The notes under the pieces were generated by a model. That model was not told the origin of the DNA. It saw only the letters and a list, made by a program, of their open reading frames with translations, and did not search any database. Made by a program: the position numbers and the translations under genes. From positions 82,584,001 through 82,648,000 of the forward strand of contig OZ024740.1 of NCBI GenBank assembly GCA_964016885.1: DNA of 64,000 bases, given 5' to 3'. Shown piece after piece: positions 40,042 to 53,857 of the stretch. The stretch comes from Eledone cirrhosa (Eukaryota). Each line of letters begins with the position of its first letter. Position 1 is the stretch's first letter.

Positions 40042-43000
40042 GGATATTTGTTTATTGAAAAAAAACAACAAATATTTAATATAATAGGTCTCTTTGGGAA
40101 CATGTTTTGAATTGACGAATAGAAAAGTAGTAAGTGGTCAAGTTAATAGAATAGTAGTAGTAGAAATTTAATTTAGGGGTAGAGTAATGCAGACTTCAGT
40201 TTTGAATGGAAAGAATATTTTGAATGAAAAGATTACTTTGGGGATAAAAAGAGGTCAAGCCGGTGAAAGGTACACGAAAATTTGATGTTATTAAAGAATA
40301 ATGCTAATGTTAAAATTGAAGGAGAATAACATTTTAGGATAAATGCGTTAGTGAGAAATACCAATCTTATTTAAAACATAAGGAATTTATATCTAAAAAA
40401 GAAATTAAATTAATTTAATTGATAGGTATATTTATAGGGATACATTTATATTAATTCATAAGGATGTGATAAATAAGAGTTAGATGTTATTAAAGAATGT
40501 TGTTAAAAACGAGGGAAAAACATTTTTCGGGGGATAAATGTATTAGTGAGAAATAACAAACTTATATAGACTGCAAGGAAATTAAAATAGGTTATATGTA
40601 TACTTATAGGTATTAATTTTAGGAAAAGATAGCTGTAAAAGAAAAAAGAAAATTATGAAGTTCTCAGTAGTAAAAAAAAAAATAAATTATTATTATTATA
40701 ATTTGTAAAATATAAGTGTATATTAATTAGGTTTATAATATTTGAAAGTTCTTCTAATTCTATGATTACACGATATAATTAATTCTTGTCTCTTATTTAA
40801 TAGGTTATATTTAGATTTCATTATTTCAAAAAGTTCCTGGCAACATAATCTACACTCATATCTGTTATTTTGATAAGGGGTGGCCCTTTTGAGCACACTC
40901 CTGGTCAGGTTATAATCGATATTCTTTTTTCTATAATTATTAATTATTTCAGCCAATGATGTTTTATTAGCTAATGTGGCATTTTTAAAGCTGTGTTTGT
41001 GGGTATTAAATCTTACTTTAAATTGGTTAGGAATAGCTCCTATATATAATTAAGTTGAGTCCTTAGTGCTATTTTACAAGTATATACAATTTCCTTTTAA
41101 TGGGCAATTTGCTTTGTTTCTACAGTTACAAGCTTTCGTGAATATTATATCAGGGGAGTTAGTCAAATTAGGTGTGGAATTTACTCGACTTGTTGTATGT
41201 GAAGGAGATGGTGGTTTGCTGTAGTTTATTTTAGTATTATGGTTAGTTTGATGTGTTGGTGGTATATTCATGGTTTTTTTTAACATTTATATGCAGTGTA
41301 GGCACTTATATTTTGTTGTATATTTTTGGTAGTGGGGTAGGAGAATTTGACCTTTGATCTATTGAAAATTTGATGATATTTATGGTTTGGCGGGAAGATT
41401 TTCTCTAGGATTGTAACAATGTTTTATGGATATTATCTTTAATTTGTAGATTAAATGGAGCATTATACCATGTAACTCGTCTAATTTAGACATATCTACG
41501 GGTATCTACCAACCTCGCAATAAACCTAACAAAAACTTACATTACATACACTCACAATCCAATCACCCTATATCTATCCTTAAAGACCTAGCATATAATA
41601 TCTCACTCAGAATTTCTAACCTTTCATCTAACCAGGATGTATTCGATAAAAATGCGACCTTTTATAACGAAGCTTTAGCTACAAATACAAATTCGTATAT
41701 ATACCTTGTACCAATAATACTACAAGCATACAACCCAATATTACCAACAAACACCAAATGAAAAATATACACCAAAAGCCACTCACACTATACCCAAATA
41801 TACCAACTTAAAACTTAATTTCTCTACCTCTTCTCACATACAATATAATAACTTTCAAAAAACCATTCATCCTAATACTCCAATATATGTTAATAACATT
41901 ACTAACAACATTCCTAATAATCAGGCTAAAACACCTAAATCAGTGAATCTAACTAAACATATGTATAATAAATTCACTAATACTAATTCTCTTAGTAAAC
42001 ATCAGGATACATCGTATAGAAATATAAAACAGCATCGAAACCATAATAGACGAGTTACTTGGTATAATGCTCCATTTAATCTACAAATTAAAGATAATAT
42101 CCATAAAAACTTTTTACTCTCCTAGAGAAAAACTTCCCACCAAACCATAAATACCATCTAATTTTAAATAGATCAACGGTCAAATTCTCCTACTCCACTA
42201 CCAAATATATACAACAATATATAAGTGCCTCCAATGCATATAAATGTTAAAAAACCATGAATATACCACCAACACATCTAACCATAATACTAAAATAAAC
42301 CACAGCAAACCACCATCTCCTTCACATATAACAAGTCTAGTAAATTCCACACCAAATTTGACTAACTCCCATGATATAATATTCACGAAAGGTTGTAACT
42401 GTAGAAACAAAGCAAATTGCCCATTAAAAGCAAATTGCCTTATTAATAACATAGTATATAAATGTAAAATTAGCACTAAGGACTCAACTTATTCATATAT
42501 AGGAGCTACTTCTAACCTATTTAATGTAAGATTTAATACCCATAAACACAGTTTTAAAAATGCCACATTAGCTAATACAATTTGCTTGACTGAGATAATT
42601 AATAATTATAGAATAAAGAATATCGATTATAACCTGACCTGGAGTGTGCTCAAAAGGGTCACTCCTTAACAAAATAACAGATATGAGTGTAGAATATGTT
42701 CCCAGGAACCTTTTGAAATAATGAAATCTAAGGATATCCTATTAAATAAGCGACAAAAATTAATTATATCGTGCAATCATAGAATTAGAAGAACTTTCAA
42801 ATATTATAAACCTAATTAATATACACTTATATTTTAAAAATTATTATAATTAGTTGGTTTTTTTTCATTTATTTAGTTACTCTATAATTAGTATTTTACT
42901 ACTGAGAACTTCATAATTGTATTTCCCTTTTACAGCTATATTTTCCTAAAATTAATACCTATAAATATGCATATAAACTATTTTAATTTCCTGTTATGAA

Positions 43001-43546
43001 TCTAAATTCCTTGTAGTTTATATAAGTTTGTTATTTCTCACTAATACATTTATCCCCCCAAAAAATGTTTTTCCTTCGTTTTTAACAACATACTTTAATA
43101 AGATGTAACTCTTATTTATCACATCTATATGAATTAATATAAATGTATCCCTATAAATATATCTATCAATTAAATTAATTTAATTTCTTTTTATAGATCT
43201 AAATTCCTTATGTTTTAAATAAGATTGGTATTTCTCACTAACACATTTATCCTAAAATGTTATTCTCCTTCGATTTTAACATTAGCATTATTCTTTAATA
43301 ACATCAAATTTTCGTGTACCTTACATCGGCTTGACCTCTTTTCATCCACAAAGTAATCTTTTCATTCAAAATATTCTTTCCATTCAAAACTGAAGTCTGC
43401 ATTACTCTACCCCTAAATTAAATTTCTACTACTACTATTCTATCAACTTGAACACTTACTACTTTTCTATTGGTCAATTCAAAACCTGTTCCCAAGCAGA
43501 CCTATTATATTAAACTTTGTTGGTTTTCTTCAATAAACAAATATCC

Positions 43547-43678
43547 TTATTTCTGAAGACAGCATATACATGTGTAGGTATGTATATTCCCTCTGATAGT
43601 TTGTAATGTTTTTACATAGATTTATATGATATACATACCTACACACACATATATATCCTAGAAATGATCGGAAAATGA
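43547..43678 (+). ncRNA. Type I hammerhead motif with ~100-nt stem II (U16.1 mutated)
   Basis: TTATTT-CTGAAGA-CAGCATATACATGTGTAGGTATGTATAT...ATATACATACCTACACACACATATATATCCTA-GAAA-TGATCG-GA-AAATGA. Confidence 0.55.
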
Positions 43679-43732
43679 TGACTTTTTAAATATAAGGAAC
43701 TGTTTCTTTGTTTTTATTCATTGTTTTTATTA

Positions 43733-43811
<79 letters not shown>

Positions 43812-43846
43812 TTTAAAAAATAGAGGTGTGACACACGAGTTGTGAT

Positions 43847-44886
43847 ATATTAGTAAAACGGAAAAGAAAATGCTGACAAATTTTTCCCAGTGAAAAATAT
43901 TTTAATTAGGAATAAGTATAAATTAGTAATAAGTACTAGTTAGTATTCAGTTTTAGTGTCAAGTTTTAACCGGTTGCGCATTTCTAATGCTTTTCAAAAA
44001 TACTTTTGAGATAGAGCGCTCGTGATTTTTTGCTCTAATCTGATCAGTTTTGGAAATTCTTCCTGTTTTATGTGAAAAAAGTGGCTCCAACACACACACA
44101 CACATACATTAACATACAGACAGACACGCCACACACACACGCTGAAAAATATGTTTCAACATGTTAAAATACCCCCCCCCCCACATACACACACGTACAC
44201 ACACATTCCGCCTGACCGATTCATTCCCATTATCACCACAATGAACCACTCTGCTACACACACATACACACATATTTGTCTTAATAGACACCTGAACACT
44301 TGACCTTTCAACATGACTGCAACTCACACACGTACACACACATCCCTACTGAACAATGAACCACAATACTACACACACACACGCACACTGATATTTGTCT
44401 TAATAGACATATTCTTCAGTGACTTCTCAACTTGACTGCAACTCAATCAAGCGGAAAAGGACACTTTCGATAAACCTACATTTGGCGCGAAACCTGTTCG
44501 CGCTAAAATCAATTTTAACATTCACCTGACTTCTACCGACCAATCAAATTGTTTTGACTACAATAATTTTTGCAACACAAATTGGCGCGAAATTTATAGT
44601 GTTTATTCGCGTGACATTCAACAACCAACCTAATCTTAATACCTCTGGAGCCACTTTTTTCACAAAAAACGGGAAGAATTTCAAAAACTGATCAGATTAG
44701 GGCAAAAATCCCGAGCGCTCTATCTCAAAATTATTTTTGAAAAGACGTAGCAATGCGCAACAGGTAAAAACGTAGAACTAAATCTGAATACTAACTAATA
44801 CTTATTACTAATGTATACTTATTCCTGATTAAAGTATTTTTCACTGGGTAAAATTTGTCAACATTTTCTTTTCCTTTTACTAATAT
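43847..44886. mobile_element. Palindromic pLTR-like element; arms 43847-44089 and 44646-44886
   Basis: Arms of ~240 bp between (TA)n blocks, related to the 37902 family (GAGCCACTTTTT). Relic HHRs at 43964-44001 (-) and 44733-44770 (+). Confidence 0.75.
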
Positions 44887-44890
44887 ATAT

Positions 44891-44962
<72 letters not shown>

Positions 44963-44978
44963 CATACACACACACACA

Positions 44979-45025
<47 letters not shown>

Positions 45026-45086
45026 AAAAAAATGAAAACGAAATTTCATTTCGCACTCTTAGTATGGCACTTACTTAAATGTAAGT

Positions 45087-45136
45087 ATGTATGTATAAGT
45101 ACATACATATATGTATACAGACGTACAGTAGCATGC

Positions 45137-45171
<35 letters not shown>

Positions 45172-45645
45172 TACATACAGGTACACATACACATATGCAC
45201 GCATCAGTTTAGCGGACGCTTATTATAACGCCGCTTTGTTCGTTTGTCAACAAACTGAACAGCCTGACCGATTTAACTCACTCAATATGCAAATTAGGCT
45301 GCTCAGCCGTTAATTTTCATAAGGAAAGTATATACTTTCGAACGTTCAACTATCTGGCAGATGGGTAAACGGTGCTGATGATAGCTAACAAGCTTGAAAC
45401 TAGTACATCGTTCCTGTGTCAGTGTTGAACAAAAAGGTGACGTGGTTGCCTTAACACCGTATGGCATAATTTCAGGCTGTTCAGTTTGTTGACAAACGAA
45501 CAAAGCGGCGTTATAATAAGCGTCCGCTAAACTGATGCGTGCATATATGTATGTGTACCTGTATGTATATATGTGTATATATATATATATATATGCATGC
45601 TACTGTACGTCTGTATACATATATGTATGTACGTATACATACATA
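45087..45645 (+). mobile_element. Small palindromic HHR-bearing element; arms 45087-45267 and 45472-45645
   Basis: Nearly identical inverted arms with an HHR in the loop. A related single copy lies at 53680-53850. Confidence 0.8.
45370..45410 (+). ncRNA. Intact minimal type I hammerhead ribozyme
   Basis: CGGTG-CTGATGA-T-AGCT-aaca-AGCT-T-GAAA-CTAG-TA-CATCG. Palindromic stem III ACTAGT, GUA triplet. Confidence 0.88.
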
Positions 45646-45650
45646 CTTAC

Positions 45651-45681
<31 letters not shown>

Positions 45682-46302
45682 CTATGTGTCATTCAAAACT
45701 GCTTAATTGAATTAAGATTTTATTGATATTCATTATAGCCAAACATAAAATGTGTATCGATAACTTATCATATCATATCGCTAAACCGAATTATATTAAT
45801 TTATTAGTTGCCATAACCGGGAATGATATTTGAGCTATTTTTAGCCAATTTAATGTCTTGTTCTTTATATAACTCATTGAATATTCATTTAAATCTGCCC
45901 TTGCTGTTAAAGGATTTTTCACACCATGTGGAGGAGATTTTAAATCCATTTTCTTTACAGATATATACTGTTTCGTACAATCTGACATATGATGTATTAA
46001 ACTTTCCCAAGTGATGAGTATATACTATATTGGCTGCTTCACAAGAACTGGTAGTTTTTAATCGATTAATTAGATCGGCGTGTTTACTTTATTCTTTGAT
46101 CTGTGAGACGGTGGTATGGGTGTTTTCGAGTTATTACCAACTTAAAGCATATATATATATTTCTACATGTTGTGTGTCTAAATATGGTTTCAATTGATAT
46201 AAACATTTTCTCTATCGATATATATATATATTTCTCTATCCACATATATATATATTTGCATTGCTTTATTGTTCTACAATAAAACTCACCTCCTATACTA
46301 TA

Positions 46303-46339
<37 letters not shown>

Positions 46340-46844
46340 TATAGAGTAAAGCATATCTAGAGAATTATTTGATAATATATATACACCATCTGTACTCCCA
46401 ATGAGCATAATTAACCACACAAAAAATCAATTACACCAGGCTATAAGAATAACAGTAAATAAATACGTTGTCTTCGCGTGCAACCGCTATAGAATATTTA
46501 CCCAACATTTCAACAGCACGTGGAAATTAATTAAATACACGGTCAATCATACATGATTAGGTAAAAATTAATGTTAGAAATGCTTATATACATACCAGGA
46601 CTAAATCACTAAATCCCAACCCTTTGGTTTCGCTCACTTTTGAGATACCTTATTTAAGGTTCATACTCGAGTTTTAGAGCTGTTTAGGCTAGATGTTGTA
46701 TATATATTATCAAATAATTCTCTGGACATGCTTTACTCTATAGTATTTCGCTCTGATTAATTTTATTAATTCTCCATTGAGCCACATCGCGAAAAGTTGC
46801 AAAAAAACATATATACCTGAGACTTTGTTTAATTGGTGTATGTG

Positions 46845-47114
<270 letters not shown>

Positions 47115-47516
47115 TGGGGGTAGAGAGGGAGGGGAATTTTTAAGAAGCTTGGTCTTCTAATTTCACTATTCGGTAATGTAGCCACTCTACATCATACAAT
47201 GCATACGTCTCTGTTGTGCGGAAACCGAGTAAACCACGCAGTAAATTATATGCACACAGAAGCACACGCACACACATACAGACACAAGCGCTCATACACA
47301 CACATACATGTTTACACAACACATATATGAATATATATGTGTTTGTGTGGGTGTATAATATATACTCAATAGTGATATATATGAAGGTATGAACAATATG
47401 TGTATGTGTAATAAATACACAAGTGCCATGTTATTACTATTTAATATTTGGTTATGTCACCTCTAAGCAATAGACTTCTGAATAGTTGAAGCAAGTGTTT
47501 TTGATTTTATTCATGT

Positions 47517-47862
47517 CTACCAGATTTACCCGGCGTTGCTCGGGGTTTGAAATGCAACAAAGAATAAACAAGAAACAAACGATAATAATATTGATTTATC
47601 TTCAAATGAATCTGATGTTTATATTTCTGTCAATAAAGTTGGTTATCTCCCTTACACCAATTTTGCTACCGATAATTTTCATATCGATTTTTTATTGCTC
47701 AACGTGGGTCGATTTGAAAAATCTTTGTGATGTCACCACCTTAGCGACGTGTGCAACGTGCACAGAAAATCTGGTCAAATTTGGTTTGTAATTGTAAAAG
47801 CCTTAGGTATCCAAATGTGTACACAGTCACAAACACATTCTCGCTTTTATATATATAGAAGA
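47517..47862 (-). mobile_element. Non-autonomous Helitron
   Basis: 5' A|TCTTCTATATATATAAAAGCG; 3' hairpin CCCGAGCAACGCCGGG followed by GTAG (degenerate CTAG). Confidence 0.7.
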
Positions 47863-48041
47863 TTGGTGACATTTACTGAACTGACATTCAGACAGGATTT
47901 TACAATTTTAACCAAATTTGAAGGCAGACAAACGATATATATAATTTCATACATGCGGTTTAACATACGCTGGTTCCTATGACCAATGGCACCGTTGATA
48001 TAGCACAGGAAGAGATTATTCCTGTGGTATACCCTCTACAT

Positions 48042-48219
48042 TAAGCATGTCAAACATGCTGCCCGCACAAAAGTTTATACAGCGCGAACATGTTTTATCT
48101 TCGTAATATAAAATAAAGAAAATTGTTGTAATATGCGCAATTAGTTGTCGTGTGTGGCCCTCAGACAAGACATATGTTACCCATGTGGCTCTCGGAGGAC
48201 CCTCAATTTGACATACGTG
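48042..48219. mobile_element. hAT-type MITE
   Basis: TIRs TAAGCATGTCAAA / TTTGACATACGTG with an 8-bp TSD CTCTACAT / CTCTACAC (7/8 match). Confidence 0.7.
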
Positions 48220-48229
48220 CTCTACACAG

Positions 48230-48400
48230 TTCTAACGGAGATACAACTTAACCTTATTCTGAAAAGACTGACTCTTTTAAGTAAAGGTACTCCCAGCGGA
48301 GAGAACTGAAGCACAGATAAATAAAGTATTCTGCTCAAAGACATAATACGCTCTCAGAATTCGATCTCAAATCATTTTGATCTGAATGTCATGCGCCTTC
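48230..48400 (-). mobile_element. SINE family A, degenerate
   Basis: AAATAAAGTATTCTGCTCAAAGACATAA matches the 545-772 copy. Confidence 0.55.
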
Positions 48401-48444
48401 AAGCAAAAGATGTCTGTGACTGTAGGCACCGACGCCTTAGAAGA

Positions 48445-50040
48445 TTAGAAGAATATAGAGGAATAAATAAATAAAGAGAGAATAGATGGTATTACAAAGA
48501 TAAACAATAAACCGATAAACAAATATAGCAATAAGAAAATAAATAATAAGGATTTAAAGAATACTGGAATGAGAAAAGATATATGTAAATAAAATATATC
48601 AAAGATACAATAATAATTCATTTTTAACAAACATAGCTGAATACATAGAAACTAAATGAAAGGAAAAGACAAAAGGAAAAGGAAAAATAAGAGGAAAGTA
48701 AAAAAGAAAGAGTGAATGTTTAGACAGACTATGTAATATATTCCAGTTAACCCCTATTAGGGTCCTGTGTAGGTAAATCAATACAATTTGGTATTGTAAA
48801 ACAATTATTAAAAAAAAACAAGAAAGTATGGTTAAGTTGGGTGTATGTCTATAGGATACATGTGTATGTGTGTGTATGTGTGGGGAGGCGTATATGTTGT
48901 TGGTGCTGTACGATTTTGTTGGATGCGTGTGTATGTATGCGTGTATGGTTATGTCCTTGTACATAGTGCTTTCTTATATGTGTTAAGTTATATTGGAACA
49001 CTTGGCCTAACGGGCGGGTCAAGTGCTCGCCAAATCGTCAGGATACCCCAACGGAGTGGTAGTCTGCACTCCTGTGGCCGGTGCAGATATATGCTATCTC
49101 CTTAAGCCTCAGTGGAAAAGTTAAATATGGAAAAGGTGCATTTCCGTTAGTGTATGCATGCCATGATAATCTCAGATTAGAGGTTAACCATGTTTTATTT
49201 TAATTTCACAATTTCCATGGTTCCCGCAACACAGACGGGGCCGCGTATTGGACTATACTCCAGTGTGCAACAACTGTTGTTGTCTTTAACCTCCAGATTA
49301 CATACGCTCGTCTAGAAGAGTACCGCCTAGTCTTGTCTTTGTAAGAGTTTGTGTGGTTGTACATCCTCGATATAAGTGTGTACCGTGTTCTGCGGTTCAA
49401 CAACACATTTGTACACGGTGTCCTTGACGATTCACTTGCCCTGGAGAAGGTGATGTGCTTCATTACGGCAGTTGCAAGGCTGGGTGCAAAAATGTCTACT
49501 GCAATGTTGCGCACCGGGGTCCTGGAGGCCGGGTGTTACGTCATTTATATAGCGACCTGCTAATTTGTTGGGGTCACAGTCGACGTTGCGTTTATGTGAG
49601 TGTCATTGCCGCAGCTCTCCTCGGTTTGGGGCACGATAATGGATAGAGCGTACTTCGTGTTCGGGTCAATGTGGTTCCCCTCAACCAACCTACGCAGAGT
49701 TCCGTTCGGCTGCTGACGACACTCATAATCACATATTTTCTTCGAGTTACTGCTTTCAATATAGTCACCCAACTTAGGTCTGTAGAAACTGACCATTTCA
49801 CAGTGTGTTCGTTGAAAAGATTATGTTATCTATGGTTAGGTTGGAAATACTCATCCAGTGCTTTAAAGAAAATGCCGGGTGTGTTGGTGGGTACAGGCTG
49901 ACAATAGTGTGCATTGAACCACGTTACTTGTCTAGATCTTTTCCTAGCGCGTCTCCTATACATTGGTGGTATATACACAGTACCTTGCTGTCTACTGCTA
50001 CCGTAATCGTTACTATTATATTGCAACTCTACTATCTTTA
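48445..50040 (-). mobile_element. Degenerate PLE (linker + GIY-YIG + 3' UTR)
   Basis: RKRSRQVTWFNAHY..TNTPGIFFKALDEYF and PCNCRNE..LQGK*IVKDTVYKCVV, the same architecture as the 42047 element. Confidence 0.75.
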
Positions 50041-50779
50041 TATATATATATTCATTAAAGTAACAGATTAATGTTTAAGCAAAGAATCACTGCTTTCATT
50101 CTTGGGGAGATCTATATTTATCGTTCTCGAACCTTCTTTGGATTTTACTCTTCACATTTATTATTATTAATTACGTCCCTTTATGGTCTGAGTTCAAATC
50201 CCGTCGAGGTTAACTTTGCCTCTCATCCTTACGGGGTCGATAAAATAAAGTTCCAGTAAGGTACTGGGATAATTTCTGGCCTTGTGCCAAAATTAGAAAC
50301 AATTAATATATATATATACATAGGCTACGCTCTTGAAAAGGCTTGCCGAATACACAAGCCAAACTGGTTGGCACCGTGAATGAGATTTTGCATATCCCTA
50401 TGCCGCCTCTAGATTTCCCCACAATCAAAGATACACATGATTAGTGGTCTCCTTGGTCACGGCACCACATACTATATATGTATGGTATGCTGTTTTCTCT
50501 CGTCGTCAATTAAGAATAAAGTCTCAGTAAGTTTTTTTTTCATAGAAAAATAAAAAAAACAAGGGAATGTTTAGTGTGTCTGGATTCAATAAACGCACAT
50601 ATGCCTCTTGCGGACTACAACTGTCTTGCATACTTTTTGACAAATGAAGCACGTCTACAGACTCCTTCTGCCCGAGACTCTGTGGATCCCGCACCACATT
50701 TCTCCTTGAATGGGTTACAAGGGCCACTTCACCCTGTGCAATAAAACTACAGTGGCAAGTAATGTTGTCATTTTTAGGA

Positions 50780-51270
50780 GCAGCATGAAACCAGCATGCC
50801 TTTACATCTGTAAGTAGTTGGTCACAAAGTTCAAGCTGCTTACGCTCAAACCTTTCAATAGATGGTAAACAGTACTCGTGCTAGCTCTTGTATTCTGATT
50901 CTTTCTCTCCCACGAAGAGAAAGGGATATTGCACGAAGAGAAAGAGATATTGCATCGCTGTAGATTGTGCTTGACGTTGTCTTTAAAGTGCATGAGTGGT
51001 TTTCCCACTGGCCTGCCTGTCGGAAACTGACCAAAAGCAGACGCTAAGGAAGTCTGCTATTTTTCGTACGAGAAAGATTCTTAGCCCGCCTGTTCTGGAC
51101 TTTCCTGAGGGTAGCTTCAATGCCTGGCATGCTGCGTTTAGACAGAATCTCATTGTTTGTAATGTGATCGGTTAGTTGTATGTTGCAAGCATGTCATGGG
51201 CAAAACATCGAGCTAATTGATGTGATTTCGGTATACAGTTTCCGATTCAGCACTGACTGTAGCCATGTCA
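50780..51270 (-). mobile_element. RTE (BovB-like) LINE 3' remnant
   Basis: GKPLMHFKDNVKHNLQRCNI plus degenerate upstream C-terminal motifs. Confidence 0.6.
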
Positions 51271-51639
51271 GTAATAATTGTTTCTACTTTTTAACACAAG
51301 GCCAGCAAATACCTAGTGCATTACTGGTACTGTAAGATGAAAGCAAAGTTAACCTCGGCGGGATCATGTCAGTGATAATGACTTGTACACATCAATTTCT
51401 ACTATTGTAAGATTAAACTAATATATTTCTTCAATGTACTGTGTCGTTTGCATTATTTTTGATTACCTTTTACACACAACCACACTCACACACACATACA
51501 TATACATACACATATATACTAACACACACACACACACTCATATATATATATATGTGTGTGCGTGTGTGTGTATGTGTGTTTATATAAGAAAAATATATTA
51601 TATACATTTATATATACATATATATATATTGCTGAGTTT

Positions 51640-53195
51640 CTGAGCACACCAGAGTATAACTGTAACCGTTGACTACCCTTCCAAACACCCTAACAATAGA
51701 CTACCAGTATTAGACACGGAACTCTGGATTAACACTATAGACGATAGGACCCAAATTCGTCACTCACACTATGCTAAAGCCTATGGCCTCCAAATACCAG
51801 ATACTCAAAACTCAGCAATGTCCAATAGTGCTAAGTTTAATATTCTGATCGCAGACTTTATAAGAGTGATGAAGAATGTGTCCCGTACGTGCAACCCAAC
51901 AGAAATGGAAAGATACACCCAACACTTCACCTATCGCATGCAGTTCTCTGTCTACAACCAAAGAGACAGAATCAGAGTATACGAAGGAGTCACGGAGAAA
52001 TATAAGACCATCATAGAACTGGACATGAAAAGAATTTGCCCATTATAGAGGAGCCAATCATGGAATAGTTTAGGTAGGACTAAACATAAGATAGGGAAAG
52101 GCTCTTCATGGTACGACAACCAGAGATACCAGAGTGTCATGTTCGTGGATGCTATCCCTGGAGGGGAATTAGCTAAGCACTCTAGAAATGCCCTAAGAAA
52201 GACCCATCTAAAGATTAAAGTGGTCGAAAAGCCAGGAACTATCATAAAATCCATGATCAGCAAGACATACCCCTTTAAGAAAACTCACTGTACGAATAAG
52301 AAACTTGTTATATGTAGAATAAATTCACAAATAAATTGTAAAACTACAAATGTACACAGGGTACTTGCAAAAAGATGAAAACGACATACATAGGTGAGAC
52401 AGCTCGAAACGTAGGAGAAAGAATAGACCAACACTAGGGGTGAACTAAAAGAAAAAAAAATGTTCAGTACTATATGAACACACCATACGAAGACATGATG
52501 GTAATATAGACAACATAGCAATTAAAACAATATCTAAACATATAAAAGACTCGACAGGTAGGCAAATCAGAGAAGCAGCTGAGATAGAACTAAGAAGCCC
52601 GAAGTTGAACAGAAAGAGCGAATGGAATAACAACAATAACCATACCCAAACAAACAATACTGACTTAAGGGAAATATAAATAAATAATTAAATAAATAAA
52701 TATATACACAAGTACAATAACAGCAAACACATATAAAAACACACTAGTGAACAAAAACGCATACACGCAAATGCGAACAAACACAGCAAACATTATACAC
52801 ACATGCAAACGCATGCGCAGAGACAGAGACAATAATAAATAAATCAATAAAATAAACATGGCGTAGACATTAGAATACAATAGGAGGAAACATAATAGCA
52901 CCACTGATAATGTCGCAGATGTGCGAAGAAATAACTTTGATAGACTATATATATATATATATATATTTATATCTGTATTTTTAATCAGTGGTCAATAAAT
53001 CATAAACATTGATTGCCAAATAAAATAACTATGGAGATATAAAAGATACAGAAGCGAAAACAAACCCAAATCAAACAGTGAGTGTGTTCTTTTTTTTTCA
53101 TTTACGGCAATATTATAACAATATGACCCTCCACAAGTATAACAGTAATTGTTTCTGCACACGATTTCATATCATATACCTGGCAAACCAAATAT
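51640..53195 (+). mobile_element. PLE of a different clade (RT thumb + linker + GIY-YIG + 3' UTR)
   Basis: TVDYPSKHPNNRLPVLDTELW..HYAKPMAS..SAMS, VMFVDAIPGGELAK..KVVEKPG, Cys cluster, and TCKKMKTTYIGETARNVGERIDQH. A relic HHR lies at 52900-52941. Confidence 0.85.
52900..52941 (+). ncRNA. Degenerate hammerhead motif (G8->A)
   Basis: CA-CTGATAA-TGTCGCA-gatg-TGCGAA-GAAA-TAAC-TT-TG. The intact CTGATGA version survives inverted at 59788-59806. Confidence 0.55.
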
Positions 53196-53237
53196 ATATA
53201 TATTGAAAATTGCAAACTCGACTGTCACCACATATCA

Positions 53238-53276
53238 TGAACCTGAAGATTGCGAAAGCATGAAAGTACTTGTTCA
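53238..53276 (+). ncRNA. Intact minimal type I hammerhead ribozyme (39 nt)
   Basis: TGAAC-CTGAAGA-T-TGC-gaaa-GCA-T-GAAA-GTAC-TT-GTTCA. GNRA loop II, palindromic stem III AGTACT, CUU triplet. Confidence 0.85.
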
Positions 53277-53390
53277 ATTAACACTTAGAATTTAATATTC
53301 TATCATACTATTTCATTATAATACCATTATATATATTTTAAAGGATTGTAAATAAAACGAGTAAATCAGACAAAGTTGGAATTCCTCTTA

Positions 53391-53660
<270 letters not shown>

Positions 53661-53807
53661 GCACACATATATATATGCACGTATCGGTTTACCGAACATT
53701 TATTATAATGCTCGGTTTGTTTGTTTGTTAACAAACAAACAGCCCGAATTATGCCGTACAGTGTTTAGGCAACAACGTCACCTTTTTGTTCAACACTGAC
53801 ACAGGAA

Positions 53808-53848
53808 CGATGGACTAGTTTCAAGCTTATTAGCTATCGTCAGCATCG
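53808..53848 (-). ncRNA. Intact minimal type I hammerhead ribozyme
   Basis: CGATG-CTGACGA-T-AGCT-aata-AGCT-T-GAAA-CTAG-TC-CATCG with a GUC triplet; homologue of 45370-45410. Confidence 0.9.
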
Positions 53849-53857
53849 TATACCTTC

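Larger units (their letters stand above)
39755..43736 (+). mobile_element. 5'-truncated Penelope-like element with a ~1.6-kb inverted upstream copy; arms 39874-41484 and 42047-43736
   Basis: The centre encodes RKPNKNLHYIHSQSNHP..ISLRISNLSS (PLE RT thumb). The arms encode RRVTWYNAPF, CNCRNKANCPLKANCLINNIVYKCKI..YSYIGATSNLFNVRFNTHKHSF (GIY-YIG) and CRLCCQE..LLNKRQELIISCNH. Confidence 0.92.

Noticed and set aside
50330-50370. TTGAAAA-GGCTTG..CAAGCC-AAAC
   Set aside because: Multiple core changes; cannot be distinguished from a chance hairpin.
52355-52395. Possible TGA-selenocysteine in the GIY-YIG CxxC (AGA TGA)
   Set aside because: The TGA is not in the YIGET frame, which reads CKKMKTTYIGET; two indels would be needed.
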